Below the pieces are notes generated by a model. The model was not told where the DNA came from. It was given only the letters and a program-made list of their open reading frames with translations, and ran no database searches. Below are positions 39,046-54,949 of a stretch of 64,000 nt of DNA, one piece after another (the stretch's first letter is position 1; each line of letters starts with the position of its first letter). The translations under genes and the position numbers were made by a program. This stretch comes from the human T2T-CHM13v2.0 reference genome, Homo sapiens, in the NCBI RefSeq assembly GCF_009914755.1, contig NC_060933.1. One strand, written 5' to 3'.

Positions 39046-42000
39046 CATTCCATTCCATTCCATTCCATTCCATTCCATTCCGTTGCATTCCATTCCATTC
39101 CATTCTATTCCGGTTAATTCTATTCCATTCCATTCCATTCCATTCCATTCCATTCCATTGCAATCGAGTTGTTTCCATTCCATTCCTTTCCATTCCATTC
39201 CATTGCCTTGCATTCCACTCGGGTTGATTCCATTCCCTTCTTTCCACTCCATTACATTCCCTTCCATTCCACTTGGAATGATTGATTCCATTCCATTCCA
39301 TTCCATTACATTCCATTGCAATCCATTCCAATCCATTCCATTCCATTCCATTCCACTCGAGTTGACTTCATTCCATTCCTTTCCATTCCATTCCATTCCT
39401 TTCCACTCGAGTTGATTCCATTCCATTCCAATCCATTGCATTCCATTCCATGCCATTCCACTCGGGTTGATTCCATTCCTTTGCATTCCATTCCATTCCA
39501 TTGCATTCCATTCCATTCCATTCCGTTGCATTCCATTACATTACATTCGGATTGATTCCATTCAACTCCCTTACTCTCCATTACATTCCATTCCATTCGG
39601 GTTGTTCCATTCCATTCCATTCCATTCCATTCCATTCCACTCCATTCCATTGCACTCGGGTTGATTCCATTCCATTCCATTCCATTCCATTCCATTCCGG
39701 ATGATTCCATTCCATTGCATTCCGTTCCATTACATTCCCCTGCACTCGCGTTGATTCCATTCCATTCCATTCCATTCCATTCCATTCCATTCCATTCCGT
39801 TCCATTCCGTTCCATTCCATTCCATTCCATTCTATTCGGGTTAATTCCATTCCATTCCATTCCATCCCATTCTATTACATTCCATTGGAATCGATTTGAA
39901 TCCATTGCATTTCATTCCATTCCATTCCATTCCATTCCATTCCGGAAGATTCCATTCCATTGCATTCCATTCCATTCCATTCCCCTGCACTCGCGTTGAT
40001 TCCATTCCATTCCATTCCATTCCATTCCATTCCATTCCGTTCCGTTCCATTCCATTCCATTCCATTCCATTCCATTCCATTCCGTTCCGTTCCATTCCAT
40101 TCCATTCCATTCTATTCGGGTTAATTCCATTCCATTCCATTCGATTGCAATCGTGTTGATTCCATTCCATTCCATTCCATTCCATTCCATTCCATTCCAT
40201 TCCATTCCATTCCTTTCCATTCCATTACGGATGATTCCATTCCATTGCATTCCATTCCATTCCATTCCCCTGTACTCGGGTTGATTCCATTCCATTGCAT
40301 TCCAATCCATGCCCTTCCACTCGTGTTGATTCCATTCTTTCCATTCCATTCAAGTTGAATCCATTCCATTGCATTCCATTCCATTCGATTCCATTCGATT
40401 GCACTCGGGTTGATTCCATTCCATTGAATTCCATTCCGTTCCATTGCATTCCATTCCATTCCATTACGTTCCATTGCATTCCGTTCTATTCCATTTCATT
40501 ACATTCAGATTGATTCTATTCAATTCCGTTACACTCCATTATATTCCAATCCATTCTGGTTGTCTCCATTCCATTCCATTCCAATTCACTCCATTCCGTT
40601 GCACTCGGGTTGATTCCATTCCATTCCATTCCATTGCATTCCATTCCATTCCATTCCCGATGATTCCATTCCATTGCATTCCATTCCATTCCATTCCCCT
40701 GCACTCGGGTTGATTCCATTCCATTCCATTCCATTACATTCCGTTCCATTCCATTCCATTCCATTCGGATTGATTCTATTCAATTCCCTTACACTCCATT
40801 ACATTCCATTCCATTCGGGTAGTTTCCATTCCATTCCATTCCATTCCTCTCCATTCCATTGCACTCGGGTTGATTCCATTCCATTCTATTCCATTCCATT
40901 CCATTCCATTCCCCTGCACTCGGGTTGATTCCATTCGATTCCACTCCATTCCGTTCCATTGCATTCCATTGCATTTTATTTGGGTTAATTCCATTCCATT
41001 CCATTCCATTCCGTTCCATTGCAATCCATTGCATTGTATTCGGGTTAATTCCATTCCATTCCATTCCATTCCATTCCATTCCATTACAATCGAGTTGATT
41101 CCATTCCATTCCATTCCATTCCAGTCCTTTCCATTCCATTCCTCTCGGGTTGATTCCATTCTATTAGTTTCCATTCCATTCCATTCCCTTCCATTCCACT
41201 CAGGTTTTTTCCATTCCTATCCATTCCACTCGAATACATTCCCTCCTATTCCACTGAGAACGATTCCATTCCATTCCATTCCATTCCATTCCCTTCCATT
41301 CCATTCCATTTCGTTCCATTCCATTCTATTCCGTATCATTCCATTCCATTCCATTCCATTCCATTCCATTCCATTCCATTCCATTGTACTCGGGTTGATT
41401 CAATTCCATTGCATTCCATTCCATTCCATTCCATTCCATTCCGTTGCATTCCATTCCATTACATTCGGATTGATTCTATTCAACTCCCTTACTCTCCATT
41501 ACATTCCATTCCATTCGGGTTGTTCCATTCCATTCCATTCCATTCCACTCCATTCCATTGCACTCGGGTTGATTCCATTCCATTCCATTCCATTCCATTC
41601 CATTCCGGATGATTCCATTCCATTGCATTCCGTTCCATTACATTCCCCTGCACTCGCGTTGATTCCATTCCATTCCATTCCATTCCATTCAATTCCATTC
41701 CATTACAATTCGTTCCATTCCATTCTATTCCGTACCATTCCATTCCATTCCATACCATTCCATTCCATTCCATTCCATTCCATTCCGTTGCATTCCGTTC
41801 CATTCCATTCCATTCCATTCTATTCGAATTAATTCCATTCTATTCCATTCCATTCCATTCTACTCGAATTAATTCCATTCTATTCCATTCCATTCCATTC
41901 TATTCCATTCCATTGCAATCGAGTTGAATCCATTGCATTTCATTCCATTCCATTCCATTCCATTCCATTCCGGAAGATTCCATTCCATTGCATTCCATTC

Positions 42001-45000
42001 CATTCCATTCCCCTGCACTCGTGTTGATTCCATTCCATTCCATTCCATTCCGTTCCGTTGCATTCCATTCCATTCCATTCCATTCCATTCCGTTCCGTTC
42101 CATTCCATTCCATTCCATTCTATTCGGGTTAATTCCATTCCATTCCATCCGATTGCAATCGAGTTGATTCCATTCCATTCCATTCCATTCCATTCCATTC
42201 CATTCCATTCCTTTCCATTCCATTACGGATGATTCCATTCCATTGCATTCCATACCATTCCATTCCCCTTTACTCGGGTTGATTCCATTCCATTCCATTC
42301 CAATCCATGCCATTCCACTCGTGTTGATTCCATTCTTTCCGTTCCATTCAAGTTGAATCCATTCCATTGCATTCCATTCCATTCGATTCCATTCCATTGC
42401 ACTCGGGTTGATTCCATTCCATTCCATTCCATTGCATTCCATTCCATTCCATTCCGGATGATTCCCTTCCATTCCATTCCATTCCATTCCATTCCATTCC
42501 ATTCCATTCCCCTGCAGTCGGGTTGATTCCATTCCATTCCTTTCCATTCCGTTCCATTCCATTCCATTCCATTCTATTCGGGTTAATTCCATTCCATTCC
42601 ATTCCATTCCATTCCATTCCAATCGAGTTGATTCCATTCCTTTCCATTCCATTGCATTCCACTCCATTCCAGTCCTTTCCATTCCATTACACTCGGGTTG
42701 ATTCCATTCTATTCCTTTCCATTCCATTCCATTCCATTGCAATCGAGTTGATTCCATTGCTTTGCATTCCATTCCATTCCATTCCATTCCATTCCGGATG
42801 ATTCCATTCCATTGCATTCCATTCCATTCCATTCCCCTGCACTCGGGTTGATTCCATTCCATTCCACTCCATTCTGTTCCATTCCATTCCATTCCATTCT
42901 ATTCGGGTTAATTCCATTCCATTCCATTCCATTCCATTCCATTCCATTACAATCGAGTTGATTCCATTCCATTCCATTCCATTCCATTCCATTCCATTCC
43001 ATTCCAGTCCTTTCCATTCCCTTCCACTCGGGTTGATTCCATTCTATTAGTTTCCATTCCATTCCATTCCCTTCCATTCCACTCTGGTTGATTCCATTCC
43101 TTTCCATTCCACTCGAATACATTCCCTCATATTCCACTCGGAACGATTCCATTTCATTCCATTCCATTCCATTCCATTCCATTCCAGTTCGTTCCATTCC
43201 ATTCTATTCCGTACCATTCCATTCCATTCCATTCCTTTCAATTCCATTCTTTTCCACTCGTGTTGATTCCATTCCTTTCCATTCCATTCGGTTTGAAGGC
43301 ATTCCGTTCCATTCAATTCCATTCCATTCCATTCTTTTCCATTCCATTCTATTCCATTCCATTGCAGTCGAGTTGAATCCATTGCATTTCATTCCTTTCC
43401 ATTCCTTTCCATTCCATTCCGGAAGATTCCATTCCATTCCATTCCATTCCATTCCATTCCCCTGCACTCGCGTTGATTCCATTCCATTCCATTCCATTCC
43501 ATTCCATTCCGTTCCATTCCATTCCATTCCATTCCATTCCATTACGTTCCATTCCATTCCATTCCATTCCATTCTATTCGGGTTAATTCCATTCCATTCC
43601 ATTCGATTGCCATCGAGTTGATTCCATTCCATTCCATTCCATTCCATTCCATTCCATTCCTTTCCATTCCATTACGGATGACTCCATTCCATTGCATTCT
43701 ATTCCATTCCATTCCCCTGTACTCGGGTTGATTCCATTCCATTCCATTCGACTCCATTCGGTTCCGTTGCATTCCATTCTATTGCATTCCATTCTATTCG
43801 GGTTAATTCCATTCCATTCTTTTCCATTCCATTCCATTCCATTCCATTGCAATGGAGTTGATTCCATTCCATTCCATTCCATTCCGGATGATTCCATTCC
43901 ATTGCATTCCATTCCATTCCATTCCCCTGCACTCGTGTTGATTCCATTCCATTCCATTCCATTCCATTCCATTCCGTTGCTTTCCATTCCATTCCATTCT
44001 ATTCCGGTTAATTCTATTCCATTCCATTCCATTCCATTCCATTCCATTGCAATCGAGTTGTTTCCATTCCATTCCTTTCCATTCCATTCCATTGCCTTGC
44101 ATTCCACTCGGGTTGATTCCATTCCCTTCTTTCCACTCCATTACATTCCCTTCCATTCCACTTGGAATGATTGATTCCATTCCATTCCATTCCATTACAT
44201 TCCATTGCAATCCATTCCAATCCATTCCATTCCATTCCATTCCACTCGAGTTGACTTCATTCCATTCCTTTCCATTCCATTCCATTCCTTTCCACTCGAG
44301 TTGATTCCATTCCATTCCAATCCATTGCATTCCATTCCATTCCATTCCACTCGGGTTGATTCCATTCCTTTGCATTCCATTCCATTCCATTGCATTCCAT
44401 TCCATTCCATTCCGTTGCATTCCATTACATTACATTCGGATTGATTCCATTCAACTCCCTTACTCTCCATTACATTCCATTCCATTCGGGTTGTTCCATT
44501 CCATTCCATTCCATTCCACTCCATTCCATTGCACTCGGGTTGATTCCATTCCATTCCATTCCATTCCATTCCATTCCGGATGATTCCATTCCATTGCATT
44601 CCGTTCCAATACATTCCCCTGCACTCGCGTTGATTCCATTCCATTCCATTCCATTCCATTCCATTCCATTCCATTCCGTTCCATTCCGTTCCATTCCATT
44701 CCATTCCATTCTATTCGGGTTAATTCCATTCCATTCCATTCCATCCCATTCTATTACATTCCATTGGAATCGATTTGAATCCATTGCATTTCATTCCATT
44801 CCATTCCATTCCATTCCATTCCGGAAGATTCCATTCCATTGCATTCCATTCCATTCCATTCCCCTGCACTCGCGTTGATTCCATTCCATTCCATTCCATT
44901 CCATTCCATTCCATTCCATTCCGTTCCTTTCCATTCCATTCCATTCCATTCCATTCCATTCCATTCCATTCCATTCCGTTCCGTTCCATTCCATTCCATT

Positions 45001-45330
45001 CCATTCTATTCGGGTTAATTCCATTCCATTCCATTCGATTGCAATCGTGTTGATTCCATTCCATTCCATTCCATTCCATTCCATTCCATTCCATTCCTTT
45101 CCATTCCATTACGGATGATTCCATTCCATTGCATTCCATTCCATTCCATTCCCCTGTACTCGGGTTGATTCCATTCCATTGCATTCCAATCCATGCCCTT
45201 CCACTCGTGTTGATTCCATTCTTTCCATTCCATTCAAGTTGAATCCATTCCATTGCATTCCATTCCATTCGATTCCATTCGATTGCACTCGGGTTGATTC
45301 CATTCCATTGCATTCCATTCCGTTCCATTC
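39040..45330 (+). repeat. Dispersed duplication with ~4.88 kb offset (about 39040-40450 repeated at about 43950-45330)
   Basis: ACTTGGAATGATTG at 39271/44160, GTTGACTTCA at 39361/44250, CCATTGGAATCGATTTGAATCC at ~39882/~44761. ORF pairs 39467/44356 and 39896/44775. Confidence 0.85.
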
Positions 45331-48300
45331 CATTCCATTACATTCGGATTGATTCTATTCAATTCCCTTACACTCCATTACATTCCATTCCATTCGGGTA
45401 GTTTCCATTCCATTCCATTCCATTCCTCTCCATTCCATTGCACTCGGGTTGATTCCATTCCATTGCATTCCATTCCATTCCATTCAATTCCATTCCGTTC
45501 CATTCCATTCCATTACATTCGGATTGATTCTATTCAACTCCCTTACTCTCCATTACATTCCATTCCGTTCGGGTTGTTCCATTCCATTCCATTCCATTCC
45601 ACTCCATTCCATTGCACTCGGGTTTATTCCATTCCATTCCATTCCATTTCATTCCATTCCATTCCGGAAGATTCCATTCCATTGCATTCCATTCCATTCC
45701 ATTCCCCTGCACTCGCGTTGATTCCATTCCATTCCATTCCATTCCATTCCATTCCATTCCATTCCTTTCTGTTCCATTCCATTCCATTCCATTCCATTCC
45801 ATTCCGTTGCACACGGGTTCATTCCATTCCATTCCATTCCATTCCATTCCATTTCATTCCATTCCATTCTATTCCGTACCATTCCATTCCATCCCATTCC
45901 ATTCCGTTCCAGTCCATGCCATTACACTCGGGTTGATTCCATTCCTTTCCATTCCATTCTTGTTGAATCCATTCCATTCCATTCCATTCCATTCGAATCC
46001 ATTCCATTGCACTCGGGTTGATTCCATTCCATTCCATTCCATTCCATTCCATTCCGTTCCATTCCATTCCATTACATTCGGATTGATTCTACTCAATTCC
46101 CTTACACTCCATTACATTCCATTCCATTCGGGATGTTTCCATTCCATTCCATTCCATTCCACTCCATTCCATTGCATCAGGTTGATTGCATTCCATTCCA
46201 TTCCATTCCATTCCGGATGATTCCATTCCATTGCATTCCATTCCATTCCATTCCCCTGCACTCGGGTTGATTACATTCCATTTCCTTCCCTTCCATTCCT
46301 TTCCATTCCATTCCATTCCTTTCTATTCGGGTGAATTCCATTCCATTCCATTCCATTCCATTCCATTCCATTCCATTCCATTGCAATCGAGTTGATTCCA
46401 TTCCAATCCATTCCATTCCGTTCCGGATGATTCCATTCCATTCCATTCCATTCCATTCCATTCCCCTGCAGTCGGGTTGATTCCATTCCATTCCATTCCA
46501 TTCCATTCCATTCCGTTCCATTCCATTCTATTCGTGTTAATTCCATTCCATTCCATTCCATTCCATTCCATTCCATTCCATTCCATTCCATTCCAATCGA
46601 GTTGATTCCATTCCATTCCATTCCATTCCATTCCACTCCATTCCAGTCCTTTCCATTCCATTACACTCGGGTTGATTCCATTCTATTCCTTTCCATTCCA
46701 TTCCATTCCATTGCAATCGAGTTGATTTCATTGCTTTGCATTCCATTCCATTCCATTCCATTCCGGATGATTCCATTCCATTGCATTCCATTCCATTCCA
46801 TTCCCCTGCACTCGGGTTGATTCCATTCCATTCCACTCCATTCCGTTCCATTCCATTCCATTCCATTTTATTCTGGTTAATTCCATTCCATTCCATTCCA
46901 TTCCATTCCATTCCATTCCATTACATTCCATTACAATTGAGTTGATTCCATTCCATTCCATTCCATTCCATTCCATTCCATTCCATTCCTTTCCATTCCA
47001 TTCCACTCGGGTTGATTCCATTCTATTAGTTTCCATTCCATTCCATTCCCTTCCATTCCACTCTGGTTGATTCCATTCCTTTCCATTCCACTCGAATACA
47101 TTCCCTCCTATTCCACTCGGAACGATTCCATTTCATTCCATTCCATTCCATTCCATTCCATTCCAGTTCGTTCCATTCCATTCTATTCCGTACCATTCCA
47201 TTCCATTCCATTCCTTTCCATTCCATTCTTTTCCACTCGTGTTGATTCCATTCCTTTCCATTCCATTCGGTTTGAAGGCATTCCATTCCATTGAATTCCA
47301 TTCCTTTCCATTCCATTCCATTCCATTCTATTCCATTCCATTGCAATCGAGTTGAATCCATTGCCTTTCATTCCATTCCATTCCTTTCCATTCCATTCCG
47401 GAAGATTCCATTCCATTCCATTCCATTCCATTGCATTCCCCTGCACTCGCGTTGATTCCATTCCATTCCATTCCATTCCATTCCGTTCCGTTCCATTCCA
47501 TTCTATTCCATTCCATTCCATTCCATTCCGTTCCGTTCCATTCAATTCCATTCCATTCTATTCGGGTTAATTCCATTCCATTCCATTCGATTGCCATCGA
47601 GTTCATTCCATTCCATTCCATTCCATTCCATTCCATTCCATTCCATTCCATTCCTTTCCATTCCATTACGGATGACTCCATTCCATTGCATTCTATTCCA
47701 TTCCATTCCCCTGTACTCGGGTTGATTCCATTCCATTCCATTCGACTCCATTCGGTTCCGTTGCTTTCCATTCTATTGCATTCCATTCTATTCGGGTTAA
47801 TTCCCTTCCATTCTATTCCATTCCATTCCATTCCATTCCATTGCAATGCAGTTGATTCCATTCCATTCCATTCCATTCCGGATGATTCCATTCCATTGCA
47901 TTCCATTCCATTCCATTCCCCTGCACTCGTGTTGATTCCATTCCATTCCATTCCATTCCATTCCGTTCCAGTCCATTCCCTTCCATTCTATTGCGGTTAC
48001 TTCCACTCCATTCCGTTCCATTCCATTCCATTCCATTCCAATCGAGTTGATTCCATTACATTCCATTCCATTCCATTCCACTCCATTCCAGTGGTTTCCA
48101 TTCCATTCCACTCGGGTTGATTCCAATGTATTCCTTTCCATTCCATTCCATTCCATTGCAATCGAGTTGATTCCATTGCTTTGCATTCCATTCCATTCCA
48201 TTCCATTCGGGATGATTCCATTCCATTGCATTCCATTCCATTCCATTCCCCTGCACTCGGGTTGATTCCATTCCATTCCACTCCATTCCGTTCCATTCCA

Positions 48301-51300
48301 TTCCATTGCATTGTATTCGGGTTAATTCCATTCCATTCCATTCCATTCCATTCCATTCCATTACAAGCGAGTTGATTCCATTCCATTCCGTTGCATTCCA
48401 TTACATTACATTCGGATTGATTCCATTCAATTCCCTTACTCTCCATTACATTCCATTCCATTCGGGTTGTTCCATTCCATTCCATTCCATTCCACTCCAT
48501 TCCATTGCACTCGGGTTGATTCCATTCCATTCCATTCCATTCCATTCCATTCCGGATGATTCCATTCCATTGCATTCCGTTCCATTACATTCCCCTGCAC
48601 TCGCGTTGATTCCATTCCATTCCATTCCATTACATTCCATTCCATTCCATTCCATTCCATTCCATTCCGTTCCATTCCGTTCCATTCCATTCCATTCCAT
48701 TCTATTCGGGTTAATTCCATTCCATTCCATTCCATCCCATTCTATTACATTCCATTGGAATCGATTTGAATCCATTGCATTTCATTCCATTCCATTCCAT
48801 TCCATTCCATTCCGGAAGATTCCATTCCATTGCATTCCATTCCATTCCATTCCCCTGCACTCGCGTTGATTCCATTCCATTCCATTCCATTCCATTCCAT
48901 TCTGTTCCGTTCCATTCCATTCCATTCCATTCCATTCCGTTCCGTTCCATTCCATTCCATTCCATTCTATTCGGGTTAATTCCATTCCATTCCATTCGAT
49001 TGCAATCGTTTTGATTCCATTCCATTCCATTCCATTCCATTCCATTCCATTCCATTCCATTCCTTTCCATTCCATTACGGATGATTCCATTCCATTGCAT
49101 TCCATTCCATTCCATTCCCCTGTACTCGGGTTGATTCCATTCCATTGCATTCCAATCCATGCCCTTCCACTCGTGTTGATTCCATTCTTTCCATTCCCTT
49201 CAAGTTGAATCCATTCCATTGCATTCCATTCCTTTCGATTCCATTCGATTGCACTCGGATTGAATCCATTCCATTGCATTCCATTCCGTTCCATTCCATT
49301 CCATTCCATTCCATTCCGTTCCATTCCATTCCATTACATTCGGATTGATTCTATTCAATTCCCTTACCCTCCATTACATTCCATTCCATTCGGGTAGTTT
49401 CCATTCCATTCCATTCCATTCCTCTCCATTCCATTGCACTCGGGTTGATTCCATTCCATTGCATTCCATTCCATTCCATTCAATTCCATTCCGTTCCATT
49501 CTATTCCATTACATTCGGATTGATTCTATTCAACTCCCTTACTCTCCATTACATTACATTCCGTTCGGGTTGTTCCATTCCATTCCATTCCATTCCACTC
49601 CATTCCATTGCACTCGGGTTTATTCCATTCCATTCCATTCCATTCCATTCCATTCCATTCCATTCCGGAAGATTCCATTCCATTGCATTCCATTCCATTC
49701 CATTCCCCTGCACTCGCGTTGATTCCATTCCATTCCATTCCATTCCATTCCATTCCATTCCATTCCTTTCTGTTCCATTCCATTCCATTCCATTCCATTC
49801 CATTCCATTCCATTGCACACGGGTTCATTCCATTCCATTCCATTCCATTCCATTCCATTCCATTCCATTTCATTCCATTCCATTCTATTCCGTACCATTC
49901 CATTCCATCCCATTCCATTCCGTTCCAGTCCATGCCATTACACTCGGGTTGATTCCATTCCATTCCATTCCATTCCATTTCATTCCATTCCATTCCATTA
50001 CATTCGGATTGATTCTATTCAATTCCCTTACACTCCATTACATTCCATTCCATTCGGGATGTTTCCATTCCATTCCATTCCATTCCACTCCATTCCATTG
50101 CATCAGGTTGATTGCATTCCATTCCATTCCATTCCATTCCGGATGATTCCATTCCATTGCATTCCATTCCATTCCATTCCCCTGCACTCGGGTTGATTAC
50201 ATTCCATTTCCTTCCCTTCCATTCCTTTCCATTCCCTTCCATTCCATTCTATTCGTGTGAATTCCATTCCATTCCATTCCATTCCATTCCATTCCATTCC
50301 ATTCCATTCCATTCCATTGCAATCGAGTTGATTCCATTCCAATCCATTCCATTCTGTTCCGGATGATTCCATTCCATTCCATTCCATTCCATTCCATTCC
50401 ATTCCATTCCATTCCCCTGCAGTCGGGTTGATTCCATTCCATTCCATTCCATTCCATTCCATTCCATTCCATTCCATTCCATTCCATTCCGTTCCATTCC
50501 ATTCTATTCGGGTTAATTCCATTCCATTCCATTCCATTCCATTCCATTCCATTCCATTCCAATCGAGTTGATTCCATTCCATTCCATTCCATTCCATTCC
50601 ACTCCATTTCAGTCCTTTCCATTCCATTACACTCGGGTTGATTCCATTCTATTCCTTTCCATTCCATTCCATTCCATTGCAATCGAGTTGATTTCATTGC
50701 TTTGCATTCCATTCCATTCCATTCCATTCCGGATGATTCCATTCCATTGCATTCCATTCCATTCCATTCCCCTGCACTCGTGTTGATTCCATTCCATTCC
50801 ACTCCATTCCGTTCCATTCCATTCCATTCCATTTTATTCGGGTTAATTCCATTCCATTCCATTCCATTCCATTCCATTCCATTACATTACATTACATTCC
50901 ATTACAATTGAGTTGATTCCATTCCATTCCATTCCATTCCATTCCATTCCATTCCAGTCCTTTCCATTCCATTCCACTCGGGTTGATTCCATTCTATTAG
51001 TTTCCATTCCATTCCATTCCCTTCCATTCCACTCTGGTTGATTCCATTCCTTTCCATTCCACTCGAATACATTCCCTCCTATTCCACTCGGAAAGATTCC
51101 ATTTCATTCTATTCCATTCCATTCCATTCCATTCCAGTTCGTTCCATTCCATTCTATTCCGTACCATTCCATTCCATTCCATTCCTTTCCATTCCATTCT
51201 TTTCCACTCGTGTTGATTCCATTCCTTTCCATTCCATTCGGTTTGAAGGCATTCCAGTCCATTCAATTCCATTCCTTTCCATTCCATTCCATTGCATTCT

Positions 51301-52370
51301 ATTCCATTCCATTGCAATCGAGTTGAATCCATTGCCTTTCATTCCATTCCATTCCTTTCCATTCCATTCCTGAAGATTCCATTCCATTCCATTCCATTCC
51401 ATTGCATTCCCCTGCACTCGCGTTGATTCCATTCCATTCCATTCCATTCCATTCCGTTCCGTTCCATTCCATTCCATTCCATTCCATTCCATTCCATTCC
51501 ATTCCATTCCGTTCCGTTCCATTCCATTCCATTCCATTCTATTCGGGTTAATTCCATTCCATTCCATTCGATTGCCATCGAGTTGATTCCATTCCATTCC
51601 ATTCCATTCCATTCCATTCCATTCCATTCCATTCCATTCCATTCCTTTCCATTCCATTACGGATGACTCCATTCCATTGCATTCTATTCCATTCCATTCC
51701 CCTGTACTCGGGTTGATTCCATTCCATTCCATTCGACTCCATTCGGTTCCGTTGCATTCCATTCTATTGCATTCCATTCTATTCGGGTTAATTCCATTCC
51801 ATTCTATTCCATTCCATTCCATTCCATTCCATTGCAATGGAGTTGATTCCATTCCATTCCATTCCATTCCGGATGATTCCATTCCATTGCATTCCATTCC
51901 ATTCCATTCCCCTGCACTCGTGTTGATTCCATTCCATTCCATTCCACTCCATTCCGTTCCAGTCCATTCCCTTCCATTCTATTCCGGTTACTTCCATTCC
52001 ATTCCATTCCATTCCATTCCAATCGAGTTGATTCGATTACATTCCATTCCATTCCATTCCACTCCATTCCAGTCGTTTCCATTCCATTCCACTCGGGTTG
52101 ATTCCAATGTATTCCTTTCCATTCCATTCCATTCCATTGCAATCGAGTTGATTCCATTTCTTTGCATTCCATTCCATTCCATTCCATTCCGGATGATTCC
52201 ATTCCATTGCATTCCATTCCATTCCATTCCCCTGAACTCGGGTTGAATCCATTCCATTCCACTCCATTACGTTCCATTCCATTCCATTGCATTGTATTCG
52301 GGTTAATTCCATTCCGTTCCATTCCATTCCATTCCATTCCATTCCATTCCATTACAAGCGAGTTGATTCC
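42430..52370 (+). repeat. Higher-order repeat: about 2.5 tandem copies of a ~4.0 kb unit, plus a partial copy at about 53970-54650
   Basis: GGATGACTCC at 43676, 47670 and 51661 (offsets 3994, 3991). Related 111-aa ORFs at 43047, 47026, 50997 and 54150. TGCATCAGGTTG at ~46173/~50099. TTACAAGCGAGTTG at 48361/52352. Confidence 0.88.
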
Positions 52371-54949
52371 ATTCCATTCCATTCCATTCCAGTCCTTTCC
52401 ATTCCATTCCTCTCGGGTTGATTCCATTCTATTAGTTTCCATTCCATTCCATTCCCTTCCATTCCACTCAGGTTTTTTCCATTCCTTTCCATTCCACTCG
52501 AATACATTCCCTCCTATTCCACTCAGAACGATTCCATTCCATTCCATTCCATTCCATTCCATTCCATTCCATTCCATTTCGTTCCATTCCATTCTATTCC
52601 GTATCATTCCATTCCATTCCATTCCATTCCATTCCATTCCATTCCATTGTACTCGGGTTGATTCAATTCCATTGCATTCCATTCCATTCCATTCCATTCC
52701 ATTCCGTTGCATTCCATTCCATTACATTCGGATTGATTGTATTCAACTCCCTTACTCTCCATTACATTCCATTCCATTCGGGTTGTTCCATTCCATTCCA
52801 TTCCATTCCACTCCATTCCATTGCACTCGGGTTGATTCCATTCCATTCCATTCCATTCCATTCCATTCCATTCCGGATGATTCCATTCCGGATGATTCCA
52901 TTCCATTGCATTCCGTTCCATTACATTCCCCTGCACTCGCATTGATTCCATTCCATTCCATTCCATTCCATTCAATTCCATTCCATTACAATTCTTTCCA
53001 TTCCATTCTATTCCGTACAATTCCATTCCATTCCATACCATTCCATTCCATTCCATTCCATTCCATTCCATTCCGTTCCATTCCGATCCATTCCATTCCA
53101 TTCCATTCCATTCCATTCTATTCGAATTAATCCCATTCAATTCCATTCCATTCCATTCTATTCCATTCCATTGCAATCGAGTTGAATCCATTGCATTTCA
53201 TTCCATTCCATTCCATTCCATTCCATTCCGTTCCGTTCCATTCCATTCCATTCCATTCTATTCGGGTTAATTCCATTCCATTCCATTCGATTGCAATCGA
53301 GTTGATTCCATTCCATTCCATTCCATTCCATTCCATTCCATTCCATTCCATTCCATTCCTTTCCATTCCATTACGGATGATTCCATTCCATTGCATTCCA
53401 TTCCATTCCATTCCCCTGTACTCGGGTTGATTCCATTCCATTCCATTCCAATCCATGCCATTCCACTCGTGTTGATTCCATTCTTTCCATTCCATTCAAG
53501 TTGAATCCATTCCATTGCATTCCATTCCATTCGATTCCATTCGATTGCACTCGGGTTGATTCCATTCCATTGCATTCCATTCCATTCCATTCCATTCCAT
53601 TCCATTCCATTCTATTCCGTTCCATTCCATTCCATTACATTCGGATTGATTCTATTCAATTCCCTTACACTCCATTACATTATATTCCATTCGGGTAGTT
53701 TCCATTCCATTCCATTCCATTCCTCTCCATTCCATTGAACTCGGGTTGATTCCATTCCATTTCATTCCATTCCATTCCATTCCATTCCATTCCATTCCGG
53801 AAGATTCCATTCCATTGCATTCCATTCCATTCCATTCCCCTGCACTCGCGTTGATTCCATTCCATTCCATTCCATTCCATTCCATTCCATTCCTTTCCGT
53901 TCCATTCCATTCCATTCCATTCCATTCCATTCCAATCCATTCCATTCCGTTCTGTTCCGTTCCATTCCATTCCATTCCATTTTATTCGGGTTAATTCCAT
54001 TCCATTCCATTCCATTCCATTCCATTCCATTCCATTACATTACATTCCATTACAATTGAGTTGATTCCATTCCATTCCATTCCATTCCATTCCATTCCAT
54101 TCCATTACAGTCCTTTCCATTCCATTCCACTCGGGTTGATTCCATTCTATTAATTTCCATTCCATTCCATTCCCTTCCATTCCACTCTGGTTGATTCCAT
54201 TCCTTTCCATTCCACTCGAATACATTCCCTCCTATTCCACTCGGAATGATTCCATTTCATTCCATTCCATTCCATTCCATTCCATTCCAGTTCGTTCCAT
54301 TCCATTCTATTCCGTACCATTCCATTCCATTCCATTCCTTTCCATTCCATTCTTTTCCACTCGTGTTGATTCCATTCCTTTCCATTCCATTCGGTTTGAA
54401 GGCATTCCAGTCCATTCAATTCCATTCCTTTCCATTCCATTCCATTCCATTCTATTCCATTCCATTGCAATCGAGTTGAATCCATTGCCTTTCATTCCAT
54501 TCCATTCCTTTCCATTCCATTCCTGAAGATTCCATTCCATTCCATTCCATTCCATTGCATTCCCCTGCACTCGCGTTGATTCCATTCCATTCCATTCCAT
54601 TCCATTCCGTTCCGTTCCATTCCATTCCATTCCATTCTATTCGGGTTAATTCCATTCCATTCCATTCGATTGCAATCGTGTTGATTCCATTCCATTCCAT
54701 TCCATTCCATTCCATTCCATTCCATTCCATTCCTTTCCATTCCATTACGGATGATTCCATTCCATTGCATTCCATTCCATTCCATTCCCCTGCACTCGGG
54801 TTGATTCCATTCCATTCCACTCCATTCCATTGCACTCGGGTTGATTCCAGTCCATTCCATTCCATTCCATTCCATTCCATTCCATTCCCCTGCACTCGGG
54901 TTGATTCCATTCCATTCCACTCCATTCCATTGCACTCGGGTTGATTCCA

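Noticed and set aside
39885-39900. GGAAT on the + strand (also ~462, ~44766, ~48757) as a possible inversion breakpoint
   Set aside because: These are single pentamers inside variant words; no (GGAAT)n run follows and the orientation is unchanged.
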